A stretch of 34,723 nucleotides of DNA from Iamia sp. Its GTDB lineage: Bacteria > Actinomycetota > Acidimicrobiia > Acidimicrobiales > Iamiaceae. Shown here one piece after another: positions 25,619 to 32,420 of the stretch. Position 1 is the stretch's first letter, and every line of letters starts with the position of its first letter. The notes under the pieces are model-generated. The model saw only the letters and a program-made list of their open reading frames with translations. It made no database searches and was not told where the DNA came from. The translations under genes and the position numbers were made by a program. The DNA lies in NCBI GenBank assembly GCA_036380755.1, contig DASVEC010000532.1:1-34723 (forward strand), given 5' to 3'.

Positions 25619-26626
25619 TCAGCGGGGTCGTCCCATGTAGCCATAGGCCGCGAGGAAGGGCGAGGTCAGCGCCGTGACCACGCGGCGGTCGGTCGCCGGC
25701 AGGGCCTGCCGCCAGGCGTCGTCGCGGCGCAGGGGGATGGTGCCGGTGCGGAAGCGCATGGGGTTGCCGGCCACCGAGTGGATGGGCCCGAGGCGGGCGC
25801 CCTCGGGGGTCAGGAAGTCGTCCCAGCCCGGCTCGAGCGCCAGGCCGGTGGGGGCGAGGATGCGGCGCAGGGCGGCGGCCGGGTCGGCCAGGACGTCCTC
25901 GTAGCGCAGCCGGTCGATGGGCGCTCCGGTGGCGCGCAGGGCCGCGAGCATGAGGTTGAAGGCGTCCCACCAGCCGGCCGCGGCGACCGGGGAGTAGGTG
26001 GGCATGAGCTCGCCTTCGGTCTCCGGGCGCTCGACCTCCTTGGTCCACGAGTAGGCCACGCCCCGGCTGTCGCGCACGAGGTGGACGAAGCGGACGTCGA
26101 CGGCCCGGGCGTGCCGCAGGACGAAGGCGGTGGACGCGTGCTTGGACGAGTCGACCAGCACCGATGCCCCGCTGACCGTGGCCGCGGCGCGGTAGAGCCG
26201 CTCGAGCCGCTCGACGTGGTCGGCCAGGTCCCGCCGGAAGCGGGGGGACGCGGGGACGGCCAGCTGCGGCACGTGGCGGTTGCGGTCGACCCGGCGCTGG
26301 AGCGCCTGCCAGGCCGCGCCGTCGACGGCGTCCCAGCCGCCGAAGGCCTCCTCGCCCACGGGGCCCCAGAACGGGCAGGAGCCGAGGGGCTCGCCGCAGC
26401 CGCACCTCTCGGCCTCGACCAGGCCCCGGGTGGGCAGGTGCACGACCTCGCCCAGCGTGGCCACCCCCGGCACCGCGCCCAGCAGCCGCTCCAGCAGCGT
26501 GCTCCCACTCCGCCCCGACCCCCCGATGTAGAGGACCGTCGGCCGCCCCTCTGCGAACTCGGGGGAGTAGGTGCCCATTTCTGGGCGTCTACTCCCCCGA
26601 GTTCCGGTGGAGGGGGGCGGGGTCAT
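25619..26626 (-). CDS. Sulfotransferase (RSGST / carbohydrate-sulfotransferase-like type) with Cys cluster
   Basis: YIGGSGRSGSTLL, CGCGEPLGSCPFW, VDSSKH, HLVRDSRGVAYSW, RYEDV. Coupled ATG at 26626 (ATGA); alternative ATG at 26578. Confidence 0.9.
   Translation of the reverse strand: MTPPPSTGTRGSRRPEMGTYSPEFAEGRPTVLYIGGSGRSGSTLLERLLGAVPGVATLGEVVHLPTRGLVEAERCGCGEPLGSCPFWGPVGEEAFGGWDAVDGAAWQALQRRVDRNRHVPQLAVPASPRFRRDLADHVERLERLYRAAATVSGASVLVDSSKHASTAFVLRHARAVDVRFVHLVRDSRGVAYSWTKEVERPETEGELMPTYSPVAAAGWWDAFNLMLAALRATGAPIDRLRYEDVLADPAAALRRILAPTGLALEPGWDDFLTPEGARLGPIHSVAGNPMRFRTGTIPLRRDDAWRQALPATDRRVVTALTSPFLAAYGYMGRPR
26555..26604. repeat. Palindromic REP-like element, copy 2 (inverted relative to copy 1)
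   Basis: 16-bp perfect inverted repeat gaactcgggggagtag / ctactcccccgagttc with inner stem gccca/tgggc. Its reverse complement shares gaactcgggggagtagacgcccag (24 nt) with 207-230, and the core length is the same (50 bp). Confidence 0.9.
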
Positions 26627-27135
26627 CGGGTGAGGAGGCCGTCGACGAGGTCGCCGAAGAGGGTGACGGCGGGGGGCGGGCGGCCGTCGTCGACGGCGAC
26701 GGCGTAGGGGGCGGGATCGACCAGGGCGGCGTCGAGGTGGGTGCGGAGGGCGGCCTCGGAGTCGACGCAGATCGCCATGTCCCGATCGTCCATCCACCGT
26801 CCGAAGGCGACCTGGTGGTCGTCGACCACCTCGCCGTGGCGGGCCAGGCGGGGGACGACGACGGGCAGCCGGCCGGCAGTGCGGGCGTCGAGCACGGTGC
26901 CCGGGCCGGCGTGGCCCACCACGACGGCCGCCCGGCCCATGAGGCCGGGGATGTCGGCCGGGTCGAGCATGGCGTGGCCCTCGGCGTGGCGGGGCGCGGG
27001 GGCGGTGCCGTGCTGGACGATGCAGAGCACCTCGGGGTGTTCGGCGGCCCAGCCGTCGACCCACTCGACCAGACGGCCGAACGGGTGGTGATCGGTGCCG
27101 AGCGTGACCACGATGTGCAGCGGGAGCTCGCTCAC
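26623..27135 (-). CDS. PssE/Cps14G-like (Alg13/GT28 C-terminal) glycosyltransferase subunit
   Basis: IVVTLGTDHHPFGRL, VQHG, GHAGPGT, VVPRLARHGEVVDDHQ. Confidence 0.9.
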   Translation of the reverse strand: MSELPLHIVVTLGTDHHPFGRLVEWVDGWAAEHPEVLCIVQHGTAPAPRHAEGHAMLDPADIPGLMGRAAVVVGHAGPGTVLDARTAGRLPVVVPRLARHGEVVDDHQVAFGRWMDDRDMAICVDSEAALRTHLDAALVDPAPYAVAVDDGRPPPAVTLFGDLVDGLLTR

Positions 27136-27608
27136 AGGAGCGGTCCGATGACGATCGAGCCCTTGTAGTGCTGCTGCTGCTCGGGCCACTGGACGCAGAA
27201 CAGGTCGGTGACGGGGCGGCACATGCGACCGGTGAGCGTGGGGCTCTCGACCCGGTCGAAGACCTCGACGTACACCGTGGCGATGCCCCTGCGCCGGGCC
27301 AGCCAGAAGAACGGCACTGCCACGCCGGCACCGTCGCTCACCACGACGTCGGGCCGCTCGTCGCGCAGCACCCTGCGGGCGAGGACGAGGTTCCGCAGCA
27401 GGTTGGGGATGTTCCGGGTGGTCGGGTGGTGGGCCCAGACGGTGCGCTCGCCGGCCAGGTGCGACCGGGCGTCGGCCTTGTCGAAGGTGACCCAGGTGCG
27501 GTCGTGGTGCTCCCACCAGGGCTCCAGGCGGAGCAGCTGGGTGAGGTGGCCGCCGGCCGAGCACACCAGCAGCACCCGGCTGCGGGGAGGTCGGTGCGGC
27601 TCGGTCAC
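27132..27608 (-). CDS. PssD/Cps14F-like (Alg14) glycosyltransferase subunit
   Basis: LVCSAGGHLTQL, WVTFD, PTTRNI, SDGAGVAVPFF, YVEVFDR, LTGR, VQW. Confidence 0.92.
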   Translation of the reverse strand: MTEPHRPPRSRVLLVCSAGGHLTQLLRLEPWWEHHDRTWVTFDKADARSHLAGERTVWAHHPTTRNIPNLLRNLVLARRVLRDERPDVVVSDGAGVAVPFFWLARRRGIATVYVEVFDRVESPTLTGRMCRPVTDLFCVQWPEQQQHYKGSIVIGPLL

Positions 27609-27728
27609 CGGCTCGACTGTACCGGTCACCCTTCCGGGCCCCGGGCACCACCCACACGGGTCAGGGCGGCGTCGACGAGGGACCCGATCGATGTCGGCCC
27701 GTCGCGGCCCGGGCCGTAGTTTCGGCCC
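27609..27728. promoter_or_regulatory. Divergent leaderless-type promoters for block B and the GHWYL membrane gene
   Basis: TACAGT (- strand, 27621-27616) 7 nt before GTG 27608; TAGTTT (+ strand, 27717-27722) 6 nt before GTG 27729. Confidence 0.55.
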
Positions 27729-28580
27729 GTGATCCGCCTCGACGCCGCCACCGTGCTGCTCCAGTGGGCCACCGGTGGGCTGGCGTTCCTCTGGGTGACG
27801 ACCCGCCGGCGCGAGGTCGGCCTCGGCTACGGCTGGCTGCTGCGGGGCACCTACGGGCTGATGGCCCTCGGCGGCGCCTACGTCGGGCTCCGGGTCGGTG
27901 CCGTCTGGGGGCGCGACCTCGCCGCGCTGGGCGTGGCCCTGGCCACCGGCGTGGCCCTCGCCGTCTCCATCGTCCGCAAGGGCGCCGGCGTGGCCGGCCA
28001 GCGGGAGCGGGTCGAGCGCCGCAGCGCCCGGGTGGCGGCCATGACCGGCATCGACCGGGACGAGCAGCAGTTCGACAAGGACAGCCCCGAGTTCCCGCCG
28101 GTGCTGGATCTGGTCCCGGTCGCGATCGGCCTGGTCGGACTGGTGGTGGCCGGCATCGACGCCGGGTCGCCGGTGTGGCTGTCGGTGGCCCGCACCGTGG
28201 TCGGCGCCCTCTTCCTCGGCGCCATCAGCGACGCCATGCTCCTCGGGCACTGGTACCTGGTGCAGCCGGGCCTGGCCCGCGGCCCGCTGCTCGAGCTGGT
28301 GCGGGCCACGGCGATCGTGTGGCCGGTGCAGGTGGCCCTGCTGCTCGTCCCGACCGGGATGGTGTCGGTCCTGAACGGCACGATCGACGACGGCTACGGC
28401 GGCATCCTGGGCTGGACGTGGGTCACCTGCGCGGTCACCACCCTCGGCCTCCTCGCCGTGACCCGGGCGGCGCTGAAGGAGCGCCAGTACAGCGCCGTCA
28501 TGGCCGCCACCGGGCTCCTCTACCTGGCGATCCTCACCGCCTTCGGCACCGACCTCATCGCCCGGGCCTTGCTCTCCTGA
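27729..28580 (+). CDS. Multi-TM membrane protein of unknown function (MLLGHWYLVQP motif)
   Basis: About 8 hydrophobic segments, coding-like codon usage, conserved-looking motifs GHWYL and AVMAATGLLY. Confidence 0.75.
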   Translation: MIRLDAATVLLQWATGGLAFLWVTTRRREVGLGYGWLLRGTYGLMALGGAYVGLRVGAVWGRDLAALGVALATGVALAVSIVRKGAGVAGQRERVERRSARVAAMTGIDRDEQQFDKDSPEFPPVLDLVPVAIGLVGLVVAGIDAGSPVWLSVARTVVGALFLGAISDAMLLGHWYLVQPGLARGPLLELVRATAIVWPVQVALLLVPTGMVSVLNGTIDDGYGGILGWTWVTCAVTTLGLLAVTRAALKERQYSAVMAATGLLYLAILTAFGTDLIARALLS

Positions 28581-28627
28581 CCTGGGTAGGCACTTCACGC
28601 ACGGGACCGGCTGCCGATGAGGTCACC

Positions 28628-29359
28628 ATGCCGACGAAGGACTGGAACCGAGAGGCCTGGGGCCGTGAGCACACCTGGGAGGAGGGGGGCGACGAGTGGT
28701 CGGGCATGGCCGCGCACTGCAAGGTCCCCTATCCCGAGTGGAAGCAGGGCCTGATCGAGGCCTTCCTGCTGCCCTTCATCGGGCCCGAGCGCGACGTGGT
28801 CGAGATCGCACCCGGCCACGGCCGTTGGAGCGAGACGATCATCCCCCTGGCCCGGTCGGTCCGGCTCGTCGACCTCAACCCCGAGTGCCTCCAGGCCTGC
28901 AAGGAGCGCTTCTCCGACGCCACCAACGTGGACTACGTCCAGACCGACGGCTCGTCGATCCCGGTGGCGGACGCCTCGGCCGACTTCGTGTGGTCGTTCG
29001 ACTCGTTCGTCCACATCGACCCCGAGGACGTCTTCGCCTACGTCCGCGAGCTGGCCCGCGTGCTGCGCCCCGGCGGCTACGCCGTGATCCACCACGCCGA
29101 CAAGACCGACGCCGGCCTGGCCCTGGCGCCGAAGCTGGCCGACAAGGGCAAGCCCGGCAAGGTCGCCACCCGGGTCGTGGCCCAGCACCTGCTCCGCGGC
29201 GACGGCAACCGCTCGAACCTCAACGGCCGCATGGTGGCCGAGGAGGCCGAGAGGGCTGGCCTGCGCATCACCCAGCAGACCGATCGCTGGGGCCCCGGCG
29301 GTCGCTCGACGGTGGCCCGCTACCACGACGTGATCACCACCTTCCACCAGCCCCGCTGA
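28628..29359 (+). CDS. Class I SAM-dependent methyltransferase
   Basis: VVEIAPGHGRWS, LVDLN, DFVWSFDSFVH, RVLRPGG. Confidence 0.88.
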   Translation: MPTKDWNREAWGREHTWEEGGDEWSGMAAHCKVPYPEWKQGLIEAFLLPFIGPERDVVEIAPGHGRWSETIIPLARSVRLVDLNPECLQACKERFSDATNVDYVQTDGSSIPVADASADFVWSFDSFVHIDPEDVFAYVRELARVLRPGGYAVIHHADKTDAGLALAPKLADKGKPGKVATRVVAQHLLRGDGNRSNLNGRMVAEEAERAGLRITQQTDRWGPGGRSTVARYHDVITTFHQPR

Positions 29360-29370
29360 CGTTCTGGACG

Positions 29371-29796
29371 ATGGGCATGGACCCGAGCGTGAGTGAGCGC
29401 CCGGTCCTGGAGATCGACGGCGCCGACTTCGATGACCTCGAGGGCTTCGCTCGTGCCTTCTCCTCGTTGCTCGAGGACTGGACGTGGAACCAGAACCTCG
29501 ACGCCTTCAACGACATCCTTCGAGGAGGCTTCGGGACCCCCGATGGGGGGTTCATCCTCAGGTGGCGGAACGCCGATCGGTCCCGAGAGGTGCTCGGCCG
29601 GGACGAGACCGTGAGGTACCTGGAGCGGAAGCTGGAGCGGTGCCACACGTCCAACCGGGCAGCGGTCTCGGCCGACCTCGAAGCGGCCCGCCGGGGCGAA
29701 GGCGAGACGCTGTTCGACCTGATCGTCGAGATCATCCGTGTCCACGGACCCGGCGGCAGCGAGGCCGAGGACGGCGTCGAGCTCGAGCTCCTCTGA
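29371..29796 (+). CDS. Barstar-family (ribonuclease inhibitor-like) protein
   Basis: Small acidic protein; LEIDG start, WNQNLDAFNDIL (barstar NLDALWD-like), ends in VELELL. Start uncertain (29371, 29377 or 29389). Confidence 0.78.
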   Translation: MGMDPSVSERPVLEIDGADFDDLEGFARAFSSLLEDWTWNQNLDAFNDILRGGFGTPDGGFILRWRNADRSREVLGRDETVRYLERKLERCHTSNRAAVSADLEAARRGEGETLFDLIVEIIRVHGPGGSEAEDGVELELL

Positions 29797-29905
29797 TCCG
29801 ATCTGCGGGCCTGCCTTCTCGGCGCACGCGGCCGGCTGCTAGACACCCCCGCTGGGGGAGGCCGGGCGGCACGCTCCTCGCAACCATCGAGGAGGAGGCG
29901 GACAG

Positions 29906-31633
29906 GTGCGACGGGTACTGGCGACCGTTCTGGCGGTGATCGCGATGGCGGGGCTCGTCCCCGCGCCGGCGGGGGCGGCCGAGCCCCCACCCGATCCGGT
30001 GGAGTGCCCGGCCCCGCTGCCGGGGCCGCGGGCTGTGGTCCAGCTGGCGTACATGGTGCTCCTGCGCCGCTGCCCCGACGCCGCCGGTGCCGCCGCCTGG
30101 GAGGCCTCGCTCCGAGACGGCCTGGCGACCGAGACCTTCGCCCGCCGCATCGCGGCGACGCCCGAGGCCCGCGGGGTCGTCGTGGGCGATGCCTACCGCC
30201 TGGTCCTGGACCGGCCGGCCGCCGCCGGCGAGAAGGCCTTCTGGGCCGGCTGGCTCCGGCCCGACCCGCGGCGCGTCCGGCGTCACGACCAGCTCCTGGC
30301 CGAGCTGGCCGCCTCGGCCGAGCTGTACGCCGAGGCCGGCGGGACCGACGCCGGCTTCGTGCAGACGATCTACGAGCGCATCCTGGGCCGGTCGGCGACC
30401 GACGGTGACGTCTCCTACTGGTCCGGGCGACTGCGGGCCCTCCGGGGCGACCGCCGGGCGCTGGCCCGCATGCTCCTCCGGCTCCCCGAGCCGCTCGGCG
30501 CCACGGTGATCGCGGCGTGGACCGAGATGCTCGGCACAGGACCTGACGCGGCCCAGCGGGCCTGGGACGTGGCCGTGCTCCGGAACGACGGCGACCGCCT
30601 GGGCCTGTCGGCCCGGCTGGTCGGCTCGGAGGCGTTCGACGCGAGGGCCCAGGCGCGGGCCCTGGTCGTACCCGGCCGCTACGTCGCCCTGGGCGACTCG
30701 TTCGTGATCGGCGAGGGCATCCAGCCCTGGATCGACGTGCCCAGCCCGATGCCCGAGCCGGGTGAGCCCGAGTCGTGGCGCTGCGGGTACTCGGTGGCCG
30801 CCTATCCCGAGGTGGCCCGGACCAGCAGCGAGCTGGTGCCCGGCACTCTCGACGTGGCGGCCTGCACTGGCTCCTCCCTGCTCGACCTCTACCCCTACAT
30901 CGACGAGGATCCGGAGGGCGACCACGGCGACAGCGAGGACATCCACATCGCCGGCCAGATCGCCGCCATCGGCGAGGGCGAGCCTCCCTCGCTCGTCACC
31001 CTCACCATCGGGGGCAACGACATCGGCTTCGTGCCCATCGTGGAGTCGTGCCTCCAGGTCCAGATCCAGGGGGAGGGCCAGCACAGCCCCTACTACTCGG
31101 CCGAGCAGTGCGACCACATGCTCGACGTCGAGGCCCCGGCCGCCATCGAGGATCTGCGCGAGGGCCTCGACGACCCCCGCCACCCGGACGGCGACGGCTA
31201 CCAGTGCAGCGACCCCTGCTCGCTCACCAGTGCGGTCGAGGACGTGGTGGCCGCCGCCCCGGAGGCCCGGGTCCTCGTGGTCGGCTACCCGCCCCTGATG
31301 CCCGCCGTCGACACCGGTTGCCGGGGCACGGCGGTCATCGACGGCGAGCCCGCCACCGGCGTCGAGTGGTCCGTCGCCCCGGCGGACGTGCGCCGGGGCC
31401 GAGAGGTGATCGCCGACCTCAACGCCGCCCTGCGCGATGCGGCCGTCGTCGCCGGTGCCACCTACGTCGACCCCGGTCCCCGGTTCGCAGGGCACGAGGT
31501 GTGCAGCCCGGACCCGTGGATCCACGGCCTCGAGCTCGACGACGGGGCGTTCCCGCTCTTCTCGACGTTCCACCCCAACCGCCGGGGCGGGGTCGGCCTG
31601 GCCGCCGCCGTGATCGACGCCCTCGAGGACTAG
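29906..31633 (+). CDS. Secreted SGNH/GDSL esterase with N-terminal DUF4214-like helical repeats
   Basis: Signal peptide ending AGA-A. Repeats resembling Y..LL.R.PD..G...W and FVQTIYERILGR...GDVSYW. SGNH blocks YVALGDSF, ACTGS, IGGNDIG, FHPN; GGAGG upstream. Confidence 0.85.
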   Translation: MRRVLATVLAVIAMAGLVPAPAGAAEPPPDPVECPAPLPGPRAVVQLAYMVLLRRCPDAAGAAAWEASLRDGLATETFARRIAATPEARGVVVGDAYRLVLDRPAAAGEKAFWAGWLRPDPRRVRRHDQLLAELAASAELYAEAGGTDAGFVQTIYERILGRSATDGDVSYWSGRLRALRGDRRALARMLLRLPEPLGATVIAAWTEMLGTGPDAAQRAWDVAVLRNDGDRLGLSARLVGSEAFDARAQARALVVPGRYVALGDSFVIGEGIQPWIDVPSPMPEPGEPESWRCGYSVAAYPEVARTSSELVPGTLDVAACTGSSLLDLYPYIDEDPEGDHGDSEDIHIAGQIAAIGEGEPPSLVTLTIGGNDIGFVPIVESCLQVQIQGEGQHSPYYSAEQCDHMLDVEAPAAIEDLREGLDDPRHPDGDGYQCSDPCSLTSAVEDVVAAAPEARVLVVGYPPLMPAVDTGCRGTAVIDGEPATGVEWSVAPADVRRGREVIADLNAALRDAAVVAGATYVDPGPRFAGHEVCSPDPWIHGLELDDGAFPLFSTFHPNRRGGVGLAAAVIDALED

Positions 31634-32379
31634 AGGCGCAGCGTCGCCCGCAGGGCGCGGTGGTCGGTGCCCGGGAGGCCGATCCGCTCCAGCGCCACCA
31701 CCTCGGTCGATGCCCTCACCACGACGTGGTCGAGGGTCAGGAGCGGTGGCAGCGGCACCCTGATGGCCAGCGAGTCGATCGGCCAGGTCGGGTACCACCG
31801 GTGGCCCCGGACGGCGCTGGCGTCGACCAGGCCGCCGTCGCGCAGGGCCCGCCGGAAGGCGCGGTGGCCGCCGGTGGCGTTCCAGTCGCCGGCGAGGACC
31901 ACCGGGCCGGTGGTCGACGCGGCGACGGCGGCGTTGGCGGCGACGGTGCCGTGCCACACCTCGACGTCGTGGTCGAAGATCGGCGCCTGGGTGTGCACGG
32001 GGACGACCCGCACCGCCGTGCCGTCGACGTCGAGATCGACGACCTGGCCGGCCCGCCCACCGAGGTCCCGGCACTCGGCGGCGACGATCGGGTGGCGCGA
32101 CGCGACCAGCGACCCGAAGTAGCCCTCCGAGGGGTCGTCGGCCTGGTGGGGCCAGCGCTCGTCGAGCCCGGCCGCCGTCAGCGCCTCGCGGGTGGCGGGG
32201 GAGTGCTCGCACAGCAGCAGGACGTCGGCGTCGATCGCCACCACCGCCCGGGCCAGGGCCCCGGCGTCACGCTGGCCCAGCTCCAGGTTGGCGGCCAGCA
32301 CCGTCAGCTCGACCCCGTCGGGCACGCGCCCCGGCGCAGCCGGCGAGCGCGGCAGCAGCGGCACGAAAGACTCCGCCAT
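31630..32379 (-). CDS. Endonuclease/exonuclease/phosphatase (EEP) family protein
   Basis: AANL, LLLCE, VHTQAP, LAGDWNAT, TWP, LDHV, GTDHRAL. Start uncertain (32379-32421). Confidence 0.85.
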   Translation of the reverse strand: MAESFVPLLPRSPAAPGRVPDGVELTVLAANLELGQRDAGALARAVVAIDADVLLLCEHSPATREALTAAGLDERWPHQADDPSEGYFGSLVASRHPIVAAECRDLGGRAGQVVDLDVDGTAVRVVPVHTQAPIFDHDVEVWHGTVAANAAVAASTTGPVVLAGDWNATGGHRAFRRALRDGGLVDASAVRGHRWYPTWPIDSLAIRVPLPPLLTLDHVVVRASTEVVALERIGLPGTDHRALRATLRL

Positions 32380-32420
32380 CAGCCCCACCCTCCGCAGGGT
32401 GGTGGCGGTGGGCCGCCCCA

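Noticed and set aside
207-26604. The two 50-bp palindromes as terminal inverted repeats of a 26-kb mobile element, or as CRISPR repeats
   Set aside because: No transposase, integrase or cas gene; no spacer array; no target-site duplication seen; copy 2 lies inside an intact operon.
29874-29894. Hairpin ctcctcg/cgaggag partly covering the SGNH gene's Shine-Dalgarno (riboswitch or thermometer)
   Set aside because: Only a 7-bp stem, leaves GAGG free, and no recognisable aptamer.
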